From assembly GCF_006345805.1 (NCBI RefSeq), contig NC_042998.1:93310001-93374000 (forward strand): a stretch of DNA of 64,000 nt, given 5' to 3'. Below the pieces are notes generated by a model. The model ran no database searches and was not told the DNA's origin. It saw nothing but the letters and a program-made list of their open reading frames with translations. The position numbers and the translations under genes were made by a program. Positions 26,031 to 38,803 of this stretch are shown here, one piece after another; position 1 is the stretch's first letter, and each line of letters starts with the position of its first letter. Source of the stretch: Octopus sinensis (Eukaryota).

Positions 26031-27064
26031 CTCCTCGACAAGGTTTCAGCCCACTTGCACTGATTCCACCTTTGACTCTGTGAGAGACTGCACCTATTGC
26101 AAAAACCAGTTTTTTTCTTTTACAAATGAAGGGATTTGTCATATAGCCACAAGGTAACTTTAAACCATTTACTAGCAGTCAAAACACCAAGTATATATTA
26201 ACCACCCACTGTTTCCCTTTACTTGAGATCTGAACTGCATTCCTGCAGCCAAAAAGGAGACTAATGCATTTTTTATTGATCCTGAAAGGCAAAGCTGACC
26301 CTAGCAAGAAGAAAGAGGCAGAAAATTTCAAATATTACTGCTTGCTGTATGCAGGTATATCAGCTATATTTCAGTAGTCATATCTGTGTATTTCCTTTAA
26401 CTTGAACAGGTTTACCATCACCAAAATATTGTGCAAAAAAGTATGATTATTCTTTCTACTAGAAAATAATTGCTTAATATGAATGAAGAAAAAATTAAAG
26501 CAAATGTTATCACACGTGATCTATTGTCGTCCCCTTTCACAATTTTCATTCTCAGAAGAAAAGATTATGGATGCAGGTAAAAGCTGAAATGCCATGCAAT
26601 TGATGATAATAACAAGCAAGTGACAAAGCAAGAACTACTCAAGAAATGGAGTAATTGTTATTGGCTTGGATAGAAAACCAGATATGAAAATATGTACACA
26701 CAGACTATTAACAATTCAAGCTAAGACTATAGTTGGCTCCATAGCATCATAAACCCCTGGGTATAAAACATGCGCTAGGGACCCTACATACATAACCACA
26801 GCATATATAGTATAGTGATGTACTCCTAGATCCATGAGGTCCTATGTCTTAAGATATATGTCTTTAGATGGTACTGGCTTAGGCTTTGTAGGAATGAATG
26901 GAAGATGACCCTATGGCAAAACTTTCAAGGAAACAGCATACAACTGCATAAAAAGTGATAAAATATGATGTACTAAGTAGTATGTTAGATACTGATAATG
27001 CAAATATAATATCCACCTCCCAAAATGTTCATCAAGCACAGATCTTCATGCTAGTTCATATTGA

Positions 27065-27095
<31 letters not shown>

Positions 27096-27181
27096 TGTAT
27101 GTATGTATGTATGTATGTATGTATGTATCTATGTGTGTGTGTATGTATGTATGTATGTATGTATGTATGTATGTATGTATG

Positions 27182-27214
<33 letters not shown>

Positions 27215-27257
27215 ATATGTATGCATGCATGCATGCATGCATGCATGTATGTCCCCT

Positions 27258-27450
27258 GCATCAATTTGCTGCCAATTCAAAAGTTTTCCAGTCTCTGATT
27301 TGCAGATGACTATGACTTAGTCACTCATACAACGGATGATATGCAAATACTTGTGAAATCATATTTCTGCTTCTTGCAAGGCATTTGGACTCAGAATTAG
27401 CCTGGACAAAATTGTTGTAATGTTCCAGTCTACACCAGGGAACCCAAATG
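27258..27450 (+). mobile_element. RTE (BovB-like) RT fragment
   Basis: FADDYDLVTHTTDDMQILVKS, a frameshift, then SCKAFGLRISLDKIVVMFQSTPG. Confidence 0.8.
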
Positions 27451-28042
27451 TATGTCTCCTCTCCTCTCAAAGGATTTTTGCCTTGCAAGTTACTTGGTGA
27501 CCCTGCCAGTGTAGATGCCACATATAAAGCATCCAGTCACACTGTAAAGTGGCTGGCATTTGGAAGGGCATCCAACTGTAAAAACGTTGCCAAAACTGAC
27601 CTCCTCTGTGCTTGTGTCCTGTAAAAAGCACTCAGTCAGAGAGCTAGCAGAAACATTAGCATGCTGGATGAAATGCCTAGTGGTATTAAGTCTGCCATTA
27701 CATTCTGAGTTCAAATTCTGCTGAGGTCGACTTTGCCTTTCATCCTTTCAGGGTTGATTAAATAAGTACCAGTTACGCACTGGGGTCGATATAATCGACT
27801 AAATCCATTTGTCTGTCCTTGTTTGTCCCCTCTGTATGTAGCCCCTTGTGGGCAATAAAGAAATAAAGAAATAAAAGAGCACTCTGCTGTATGGTTGGTG
27901 TTAGGTAGGGCATCCAGCTTTAAAACATATGCCAAAACATACACAAAAGGCTAGTACAGTATCCTGCTTGGCCAGCCCCTGTCAAGCCATCCAACCCATA
28001 CCAGCATGGAAAGCAGACGTTAAACGATGATGATGATGATGA

Positions 28043-28076
<34 letters not shown>

Positions 28077-29311
28077 CCAACAGTTACACATTTCACTTCA
28101 TTTTGATTTAATGTATTTTTCTCTATCTATCTCCATCTCTCCATCAATCTATCTATCAATCTACACACATACATACACACACACACACACACAAACGCAC
28201 ACACACATGCATGTAATTCATATACACTCATACACACATAAATGCATGCACACATATTGAAAAATACATGCAGTTATGTATACATGCCAACAGCATGCAT
28301 ACTGTAACAATAACTTCCATAATAAAGACATCCCAAATGTGCAATCTTGCATTGTTTTATGACAGTCAATAATGAGAATTGGAAATTATTGAAATTGCTA
28401 ACTACAGAGGTGCAGGAATGCAGAAATGCAAAAATAACAAAGGAAAGAAATTCAAAAAATGACAATTAGAAATGTTTAGATGCGAACAAATTTGAGATAT
28501 GAATTCCCACGGATACAGATGTACAAAAACAGGAACATGGGAAATGCATAAGTGCTAGAGAACAACAATACAAAATACTAATTACAATGTTGACATTGTG
28601 AGAGTTTTTAGAAACTTCAAGAGAACAAGAAATAATTCTGTTTTAAAATGATGGAGCTCAAAGCAGATAAAACTATAAATAACAGCATGTAAATAGTGAG
28701 TTAAGATACCATTTGGATTGGAAAATTTGAAGGCTGCCCATGGGACACAAACCTCCATCTTCTATAAATATGACATTTCCTATACAAAAAGTGTTTTTAA
28801 CCCAATATTTACATGCTATTAACTATAGCGTTACCTGCTTCAATCTTTACCACTTAAAAAGAATTAACTTAATGACAAGTTTCACCACTCAAAAAGAATT
28901 AATTAATAAACAAGTCCAAATTGCAGAGTTAAAATATAGAAATTATAGTGTCCAAATTATGTGAAATGCAAATTGGAATACTGAAAGCTAATTACAGTAT
29001 TGTATGTTAATATATTTATAAGGTTACAAAATTATAAAATTGGATAGTTTCAAGACAGTTAATTCATACATTTATCAGATTCAGCACCAGGATATGAGAT
29101 CACTGAAGCTAAATTCGTGGATGATTCATTGAAGGGTCAAAACTGTAACATAAAAAGTGGACACCTAAATATGTATGAGTAGCTACAAATATGAGTTGTG
29201 AACATCTGAGTAAAATGTAAATACATGAAGACTATCCAAAGAGTTACAGTGACGTGTGAAAGAAAACAAATGTGGTATATTATGTGGTGTTGATGTAAGA
29301 GTGCAACAATG

Positions 29312-29347
<36 letters not shown>

Positions 29348-30114
29348 TTATATATATACACACACACACACACACACATATATATATGTATATATGTGTA
29401 TATATATATATATATGTGTATATATATATGTATGCATGTATATATATATATATATAGTGAAGGCATGTGGCTCAGTGGTTAGAGCATCGAGCTTATGATC
29501 GTGAGGTTAGGAGCTTGAATCCCAGACCAGGCTGCATGTTGTGTTCTTGAGCAAGACACTTTATTTCACGTTGCTTTCAGCTGTTGCCTTTCCCTTGGAT
29601 AACACTGGTGGCATGGAGAGGGAAGGCCGGTATGCATGGGCGACTACTGGGCTTCCATAAAAAACCTTGCCTGGACTTGTGCCTGGTAGGGTAACTTTCT
29701 AGGTGCAATGCCATGGTCTGTATCGTGACCGAAGGGGGTCTCAGATATATATATATATACATATATCCTCACCATCATCATCATCGTTTAACATCCACTT
29801 TCCATGCTCGCATGGGTTGGATGATTTGCCTGAGGACTGGCGAACCAGATGGCTGCACCAGGCTCCAATCTGATCTGGTAGATTTTTTACAGCTGGATAC
29901 CCTTCCTAACGCCAACCATTCCAAGAGTGTAGTGGGTGCTTTTATGTGCCACTGGCATGAGGGCCAGTCAGGCGGTACTAGCAATGGCCACGCTCAAATG
30001 GTGTTTTTTACATGCCACTTGCACAAGAGCCCAGTCCAGCGGCACTGGCAATGACCTCACTCGAATGTTTTTTCACGTGCAACCAGTACAAATGAACATA
30101 TACATATATAATAT

Positions 30115-30148
<34 letters not shown>

Positions 30149-30284
30149 CATACAGATATAATTATAAACATGATTATAATTAGGGGCCAGCTAATTGCTT
30201 CGCCACACACTGAATTTAGAAATAGGAGCTAAAATCCCTTTTCTACTACTGTAATGAAGTTATATGTATGTATATGTATGTATA

Positions 30285-30337
<53 letters not shown>

Positions 30338-30599
30338 CATATGTATATGTATGTATATATGTATATATATATACATATATTATATATGTATATGAACAAG
30401 GTAATGTAATCCAATAGTAGAAAGAATTTGGCGAATTAGGTACTCCAAAGTCAGTAGGAAGGCTGGGGGTTTGTGTGAGCATGCAGTAAATATTTATTAT
30501 ATCTGAATTCTCAACAAACCTCATAGAAAAAATATTCATGCTGACAATGTTCTTGATCCACTTCCTTACACTCTTATAGGAAGAGAAGCTAACAATGAC

Positions 30600-31240
30600 T
30601 GTAACTTGTCCTTTGTGCTTCTTTGTTCAGGCGCACAAAAAATTCACATCCAGTGGCTCATGCTTTCATTCCTTTCTAGACTTTGCCATATTCTGCACTA
30701 AATTTCCATGTTTAACTACAGTGCAAAACTACACTTCATACACAAGCATCATACCATATGACCTTCCTTCTGAGAAAGAAAACTTTTGTTGCCAGCAATA
30801 ATATTTACCTATCATTTTACCTTTTTTGACGGTCTCTACTGTTTGTTTGGTCATCACCTATGTATCTGAATTTCTGGGGTATATGAAATTTCTGTTGTTA
30901 GTCCTCTCATTTCTCTTTAAACCTGTGCATTTGCTACATGTGAAGTAATTTTAGTATGCCAACCAGCTTGAGAACTCATTGCAACGTTTGTGCACTTGCT
31001 TTCCACATTGTTATTGAATCAGGTTCCCTTACAAAAATATTTGTCCCAGCTAGGTTTACTTTAAAACCTATCATTTCTAGGTTTTGCCATCACATTTTTC
31101 AGCATACAAACTTCAGCATAAGCAGAATGCTTAAAAACCTTTGTCACAGCCAGGAGCATATAATAAATGAAAGGGAGATCAGAGCTGAGCCTGATGGTCT
31201 ATATTCATGTAAAATTCCTCACTGAGCTCTTTGCCTTTTT
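30600..31240 (-). mobile_element. Degenerate RTE-clade LINE RT/C-terminal fragment
   Basis: Minus-strand translation gives PFHLLYAP (cf. PWELLYADD), LEMIGFKVNLAGTNIFV (cf. GLRVNLAKTKVLV), YDACV*SVVLHCS*TW and LERNESMSHWM. Confidence 0.7.
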
Positions 31241-32374
31241 GACAGCAACCACCAATGGTAGCATTTTTTTCATGCCTCCTTCTTAGTGCCAATATTCTTT
31301 TATTCTTTTATTTGTTTCAGTCCTTTGACTGCAGCCATGCTGGAGCACCACCTTAAAGGGTTTTAAAGGACTTCTTCTTTGTAAGCCTAGTATTTATTCT
31401 ATCAGTCTCTTTTGCCAAGCCACTAAGTTACAGGGACATAAACACACCAACATTGGTTGTCAAGCAATAGTGATGGGTGGGACAAACACAGACACAAAGA
31501 CACACACACATTGATATACATATATACGATGGGTTTCTTTTGATTTCTGTCTACCAAATCCACTCACTAAGCTTTGGTTGGCCCAAGACTATAGTAGAAG
31601 ACAGTTACCCAAGGTGCCACACAATGAGACTGAACCTGCATCCATGTGGTTGGGAAGTAAGCTTCTTACCGCACAGCCACACCTGTGCCTATGTCCATAA
31701 TTTTTGCAAACTGATTCATTCTGCTGTGCAATCCAGAACTTCTCATATTGCAGAACATCAAGAAATCACCTACTTACCATTTTGCCTCTTACTAGGATCT
31801 GACATCTAGATTTTCTTCTAGCCACCCAATGTCCACTTATATCTTTGATCTTTACTGTCTTTCATCCTTTCCTGGCTTATCTCTTAGCTTTTATGACTCT
31901 ATCTAAAGTACTATTCCAACATCATATCACCTCCTCCTTAAATGGTGCCTTGATTCTCGCACAACTGGTTATCTCATAGAAACTTCAAGTTGGCTTCTAT
32001 GTCCTTCTCCTTGACACATGAAACACTTAATTCTTCTTCAGAACTTACTCTCACTAAAGTACCTTTCAGCTTTTGTACTGACCTCATTGAAATTGTCTTT
32101 TATCTCTCGATCCAACTTGTTTGTGGTTATTTAACAGTTTATATTAAGTGGTACATTCTTAACAGCAAAAAAAACTAAATATTCATTCACAATCTTCTGT
32201 CTATCCCATTTCCTGGAGTGTATGAAGTATATCTGGCTTGTGTGTTTGCCTGAGTTGCAAGTAATCAGCTAGCCAGTTATAAATATATATATTATATATG
32301 CATGCATTTTACAAATATATTCATAAATATATTTGTTATAAATATACATATTATATATGTATATATGTATATAT

Positions 32375-33096
32375 GAGAATGGATGAAGATAGTTGTGTGA
32401 AAAAGTGCCACACCCTAGCTGTTGAAGGAACCTGTGGAAGAGGCAGACCCAGGGAAACCTGGGATGAGGTGATGACCTTCAAACTTTAGGTCTCACCGAG
32501 GAAATGACTAGAGACCGAGACCTTTGGAAGTATGCTGTGCGTGAGAAGGCCCGGCAGGACAAGTGAGACCATCACCCATGGCCTCAGTTCACTTATGCAT
32601 ACCTTTCCCTCTTGGGACACAAAACCCTACTTGTGAAGACCTGTTGAGGCAAGTGAAAATCAAAAAATCAAAAATCAAAATCGATCAACATGAATGGAAA
32701 TTGTAGCTGTGATACCAGTTCCGGTGGCACATAAGAGAACCATCCGAACGTGGCCGTTGCCAGTGCCGCCCCGACTGGCTTCCGTGCTGGTGGCATGTAA
32801 AAAGCACCATCCGATTGTGGCTGTTGCCAGCCTCGCCTGGCCTCCGTGCCGGTGGCACGTAAAAAGCACCATCCGATCGTGGCCGTTTGCCAGCCTCGTC
32901 TGGCACCTGTGCTGGTGGCACGTAAAAAGCACCCACTACACTCATGGAGTGGTTGGCGTTAGGAAGGGCATCCAGCTGTAGAAACATTGCCAGATCAGAC
33001 TGGGCCTGGTGCAGCCTTCTGGCTTCCCAGACCCCAGTTGCACCGTCCAACCCATGCCAGCATGGAAAGCGGACGCTAAACGATGATGATGATGAT
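32375..33096 (+). mobile_element. 5'-truncated RTE LINE: ORF end, 3'UTR with tandem units and (GAT)n tail
   Basis: DEDSCVKKCHTLAVEGTCGRGRPRETWDEV...EEMTRDRDLWKYAVREK. The 3'UTR ends ccatgccagcatggaaagcggacgctaaac(gat)n. Confidence 0.88.
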
Positions 33097-33134
33097 AGTA
33101 TGGTATGCATTTTACAATTATATTCATATTTAAT

Positions 33135-33406
33135 ATTCATAATCACTTTAACATGGCTGTCCATTTGAGTAGATTTTACTGTGATTTTTTAACCCCAAGG
33201 ACAACTGCTCTAGCTGGTTAATGATGCACAGCTGCATCCAAGTTATTGCAAGTGGGAGAGTGAACCCCTGCAGGTGGTAGGGGTTCACTCCCTTGCTCAC
33301 AATAACTCAGATGCAGCTGTACATCATTAACCAGCTAGAGATGTCCTTGGGGTTAAATCGCAGTAAAGTCCACTCAAACAGACAGCCATGTTGAAGTGGC
33401 TATGAA
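33135..33406. mobile_element. Foldback/MITE-like long inverted repeat
   Basis: Arms of about 125 nt (33144-33269 versus 33279-33398) with a 9-nt loop gcaggtggt; mismatches are mostly transitions. Confidence 0.9.
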
Positions 33407-33830
33407 CAATTACTTCTTAGTACAATTACTGCGTTGATCTCTAAGAGAAATTTTAGAACTAGCATTTTTTGTTTATTTATATCTATATATGTGTGTATGT
33501 TTTTCTTGAGTTTTAGAACTCATAAGGCTGGTTACCCAGTTTCCATGGCATTTAAGTGACTGAGATCATAACACTCACCCTGAAAGGGACACTGGTCCAT
33601 TGCTGGGTTGAAGGCCAACAATTCTGGAGGAGACAAGTCAATTACATAACTCTCAGTATTGGATAGGTATTTTATTCTATTGATAAAAGGCAAAGTTGAT
33701 CTCAGCAAGGTTGGAACTCAGAACACAAAGAGCTGAAAGAAATGCTGCTGAACAGTTTGGCATGCTATTGATTCTACCATCTAGCCTCTGTATGTGTATT
33801 GGCTTCATATATATATAATTTCTAGTATGT

Positions 33831-34092
33831 TTGTTTTTCTGAGACAGGTGGATCTATTTTGCGTGATACGTGAAGTGTAGAGTAAGTTCTGATGGAAAGA
33901 TACTACTGAAGTATTAATGAACCCTCAAAGCAACTCCAAAACCTGAAGCTGACATACCTAAATAAACACACCTGGTTACAAAGTTTTACATAACTGAAAA
34001 ATTAAAACCTTTTATAGTATCTTTCCATCAGAACTTTCCCTACAACCTAATTAGCATACAAAAGTAGCTCCAACCTATCTCAGAAGAAACAA
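33831..34092. mobile_element. MITE-like element with about 75-nt terminal inverted repeats
   Basis: 33877-33905 matches the reverse complement of 34015-34043 at 27/29, and the match extends outward to ttgtttttctgag / cagaagaaacaa. Confidence 0.8.
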
Positions 34093-34173
34093 CCTTACCA
34101 GAGGCTATATAAAGTCAAGGCGAACTTTATTGCACCACAGCCAAATGAAGGCTAACAAACCAAAACTTCGAAG

Positions 34174-34230
<57 letters not shown>

Positions 34231-36820
34231 AGTAGATATTAAAAAACAAAACAAGGCAGATATTACTAAAAAGTAAATCCAAAGATCTCAGAAAAGAAAA
34301 CCCAAATATAGGGCAATACAACCACTAATTAAGACTGTAAAAAAATTATATTACAAGCAAGGGCCTTTCACCAAAAAAAAAAAAAAAAAAAGGAAGTTAG
34401 GCATTAATTCTTTGAGGTTAGATTAAAATGTCAACTATATGGCAGTAAGAGTTAAATAAGAGTGTCTAAGAGAGAATCTACATGCAAACACACATTCGCA
34501 CACACGCACACACACACACACAAACATGCACATCATATAGTTTACAGAAAGTTGGTTGCTGATATGTGTGAAATCTTAACAATATAAAGCATATTGCCTG
34601 TTTTATATAATCGGAAAACCTAAAATATTAAAACCCATTGTTTTTAGTGATTTCATTAGTCTAATTTGGTGTAAATGAAATCAGTCATACTTAATTGTTA
34701 TGTTAATAATGGTAGGAAAGTAATTCAGCTGTAAAAAGTATTGTTTCCACAATTTCAAGTCTTCTGCAGTGCCCTTACAACAAAATGCATGCAAATCTAT
34801 GGAGATATGATCATTGAATGAATGTAGGTATAAAATTACTAAATTACAAGATTTTACTATGCATTCTGCAGAGAAAAGCATTGTTAATCTTGTTTTGACC
34901 TCCTCATAAACTTATTACTTTGACCCAGAATTCTTGCCAGAATATAAGTACTACTTATCTTTCCGATATACATAATAATTGATTGGCGTTAGTAAGAGTA
35001 TCTTTTGTGATTAGGACTCTCTCATCACAGAAGATTAAACTCATTTGTGACACGTGATAGAGAAATGAGCAGTAAATTTCATAAAATCTCTTATAATTGT
35101 TGTTGGAGCTTGTAGTGTAAATGCAGTTTCATTTGTCAGAATATGAAGGAGATATTACAGGTAAAAGAAATAAGCAAAGTTTAGTAAGTATAATAGTACT
35201 GAGGATTCATTTAAGCATCTGAAATCTCTGTTTAATTGCAAGAGAAATATTGAATACATTAGGATATATAATTGAAGAAAAGCATAATTATATGTCTCCA
35301 ATAAGGATTTGTAAAAAAATATAGAGAACTAACTATATCATGGATTGCAACGATATACATGAATAATAATTAATCAACACAATGTTGAATATATGTAAGA
35401 AGGAGACACATTTACTATAATGGAAACACATTAACGAAAATTATCACAGCTTAAAAGATGTACATAGATGAGGTTGAAAAGTAAAAGGCATTATGAATAT
35501 GAAGATTTTTATGTGTAGCGAGTTTTAAGAATACAACAAAGACTTTCATTTATAATTAATAAGGTTTGGTGATGTGTACAAGAAAATGTGTCACTATGTA
35601 GATTCATTCATTTCTTTCTTTTTTAAATATGTTATTCATCTATTTATTGGTTTTGTTTTTCTCTCCAACAGTCTTCATAAAAATTCAGCAAACATTAATG
35701 AAAAACTTTATTTCATGCTGTTAACAAAATCCTTCCACCCAAAACAAAATCAAATGACCTGAGAATGCTAAACTACTCCAGCTTTAATGACTTACATAAA
35801 TGAAACCAGCTACAGATGGTAAATTACAGAAATTTCATATGGAAATCATAAAGAAGTCAACTCATACACAAGCTAATTTATTTTTTTCAGAAACTCTTTC
35901 CCTTTAGTAGATTCAAAGACAACAGAGCTATGAACTCAGAAGGAACAAAATAACAACTTCAAACATATAACCCCTCCCTGCCCCACCAAAATATCCCTGA
36001 CAAACAAAAAACTGCAATTTGTAGTCAGGACAGAATAGAGTGTGATCAGATCTGTCACCAACATCATCATCATCACCCCCCACCCCAATCATCATTTAAT
36101 GTTCACTTTTCCATGCTTGTGTAGGCCAGATGGAATTTGTTGTGACAGATTTTCTATGACTGGATGCCCTTCCTGTCACCAACCCTCACCTGTTTGCAGG
36201 CAAGGTGATATTTCCAATGGACTAACTATTTTTTGCAATCTGAACATATACATAGAAGTTCCTTCTGTTGGCTTGTCAGCAGATTGTTGGTAACTATAAA
36301 TAAGAGAGCAGAAATGTTTGTTTATTTGTATTAATATTATGATTCTTATTTAAGGTAGTGAGCTGGCAGAATTGTTACCATGCCAGACAAAATGCTTAGT
36401 AGTATGTTGTCCATCTTTACCTACTGAACCCAAATTCCACCAAAGTTGACTTTGCTTTTCCTCCTTTTAGGGTCAATTAAATAAGTACTGGAGTAAATAT
36501 AATAGACTAACCTCTTCTGCTGCAATCGCTGGCCATGTGCCAAAATTTGAAACCATTTTTATTGTTATCATTATTCAAAGTGGTGAGCTGGCAGAATCAT
36601 TAGTATGCTGGATGAAATACTTAGCAGTATTTTACCCGTTGCTGCATTCTGAGTTCAAATTCTGCTGAGGTTGACTTTCATCCTTTAGGGGGGGGGGTCG
36701 ATAAATTAAGTACCAATGAGATGCTGGGTGGGGGTGGGGGGTTGATGTAATTGTCTCATTCCCTCCCCAAGACTGGCTGCCCTTGTGTCAAAATTTGAAA
36801 TCCTTATTATTATTATTATT

Positions 36821-38009
36821 CAGTAGTTTTATTTTTATAGCGTGCTTTCACTTCACTACCGAGCGCAGCTCTGTGTGCCTTGGGTATGTGCTGTGATTTG
36901 TTGTGATGTTCTGATGGTTATTGTATGGAAAGTGTTCTGCGTAGGATGTGTGCAGTGCCTAGTAGTGCAATTTTCTGTATGTTATATGTGTTTGTAAGTC
37001 CTGGTGTTTTTGTTATGTATTTGTCTGAATATTTTTTTATCATGCCTAATGCACCTACTATGATAGGAATTGTTTCTGTTTTCAGGTTCCACATTCTAGT
37101 TATCTCTATTTCCAGGTCTTTGTATTTTGAGAGTTTCTCCATTTCTTTTAGAGACACGTTGTCATCTGCCGGTATTGATACATCAATTAGAAAGCATTTT
37201 TTTTCTTCATGATCTCTGACAACTATATCTGGTCTGTTGGCCTTAATTTCTCTATCTGTGTGTATCGGCATATCCCAGAGTATGGTTGCTTTCTCGTTTT
37301 CTGTGACCTTTTCTGATGTGTGCCTATACCATCTTTTTTCTGTTGTTATTCCATAATGTTGGCATAGCTTCCAATGTATGTAGGTTCCAACTCTGTCATG
37401 TCTGTGAATATATTCCTTCTTAGCCAGGACTGGGCAGCTAGAGATAATATGATTTATTGTTTCTTGTCCATCTCCACATATTCTGCAGTTACTTGTAATA
37501 TTTCTTTTCATTACATGTTTTTGGTAATTTCTGGTGGGGAGGCTTTGGTCTTGTGCTGCAATTAAAAATCCCTCTGTTTCTGCTTTGAGTCCTGAGCTTC
37601 TCAACCATTGCTGGGATTTTTCTTTGTCTATTTCTTTTGCATTTAGTTTAGTGCAGTATTTACCATGAAGGGGCTTTTCTTGCCATCGTTTTATCATGGT
37701 TCGTTGCTGTTCTATTTTTAGTTTGGATTTCATTTGTTTTATAGCTTTTGTTGTTTCTTCATCATCTTCTTCTTCTTCTTTGTGTTTATTAGGTGGTATG
37801 ATTTCTTGTTTGTATTTGTCAGCTTCCTTAAATACTGAGAACAGTTTTTTGTTTTGCTCGTGTTTTGCCGCTATGTGTATCAGTTTTCCTTCCTTCTGAA
37901 GTAGGTATTTTTGCAGTCCTATGGTGGTTATTTTATAGTAGTTTTCCAGCTGTATAAGGCCTCTACCACCTTCTATACGTTGTATATATAGTCTTTCTAT
38001 GTCAGATTT
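36821..38009 (-). mobile_element. Young 5'-truncated R4/Dong-clade non-LTR retrotransposon (REL endonuclease) in (TAA)n
   Basis: I read an uninterrupted frame of 364 codons from 38009 to 36918: KSDIERLYIQRIEGGRGL, WQEKPLHG, LKAETEGFLIAAQDQSL, zinc knuckle CRICGDGQETINHIISSC, RHD, and PD-(D/E)xK nuclease RPDIVVRD...LIDVSIP...EKLSKY. A 97-nt 3'UTR follows. Both ends abut (TAT/AAT)n. Confidence 0.93.
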
Positions 38010-38030
38010 TTATTATTATTATTATTATTA

Positions 38031-38490
38031 TATCTAAGGCTACAAGTGCTTTTGGAAAACATCCCCATCATTTGTGGGATGAACATGGTGTCAGTCTGAA
38101 AGCTAAAATAAGTGTATACAAATCGTGTATTCTGAGCACACTTTTGTATGGGGACAGAAGCATGGACTTCCTACAACAGACATATAAAGAAACTTGAAGC
38201 CTTTCACATGTGTTGTCTGCACAATATCTGCAACATAAAATGGCAAGATAAGATATCTAATGTCAAAATCTTAGGAAAATGTGATATCGCCAGTATCCAA
38301 AGCATGCTGCTGAGGATTCAGTACAGACGAGCAGGACATGTTCAAATGAAAAATGACCATATTCCAAAATTTCTTTTCTATGACCAGCAAGCAGAGGGAT
38401 ACCACAGTAAAGGAAATACCGTCCTTAGGTATAAGGATAAGTTGAAGCAATCACTAAAATCTCTACAGCTTAACTTGACATCTTGGGAAA
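38031..38490 (+). mobile_element. RTE (BovB-like) ORF C-terminal fragment
   Basis: KATSAFGK...VSLKAKISVYKSCILSTLLYGTEAWT..RHIKKLEAFHMCCLHNICNIKWQDKISN...RAGHV.MKNDHIPKFLFY...RYKDKLKQSLK. Confidence 0.88.
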
Positions 38491-38636
38491 GTCATTACCC
38501 CGATCAGTCTGCAAAATGTTTAGCAGCATCTCTTCTGGCACTTTATGTTCTGAGTTCAAATACTACCAAGGATAACTTTGCCTTTCATTCTTTTGAGGCT
38601 GGTAAAATAAAAGTATTGTTTAAGTTCTGGGGTAGT

Positions 38637-38803
38637 TGTCAGTCTGAAAACTAAAATAAGTGTATACAAATCATTTTATTTTGAGCACACTTTTGTGCAG
38701 GAGAGAAGCATGGACTCCCCTACTACAGACATACAAAGAAATTTGAAGTCTTTCACATGTGCAGTCTGCACAATATCTGCAACATAAAATGGCAAGATAA
38801 GAT
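38637..38803 (+). repeat. Diverged local duplicate of RTE segment 38089-38254
   Basis: Same sequence from tgtcagtctgaaa to ggcaagataagat with scattered substitutions. Confidence 0.85.

Noticed and set aside
32720-32935. CRISPR-like repeat-spacer appearance
   Set aside because: Eukaryotic context, spacers similar to each other, no cas genes; it is a tandem unit in a LINE 3'UTR.
32685-33168. Overlapping 74-159 aa ORFs recurring at 29713, 49769, 61934, 62579 and elsewhere
   Set aside because: Chance frames in the GC-richer RTE 3'UTR; the similarity reflects repeat copies, not a protein family.
27258-38490. Idea that the two + strand BovB-like RTE fragments (27.3 kb and 38.0 kb) are one element split by insertions
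   Set aside because: They are collinear in protein order, but 10 kb of heterogeneous, partly unique DNA lies between them; independent fragments are more parsimonious.
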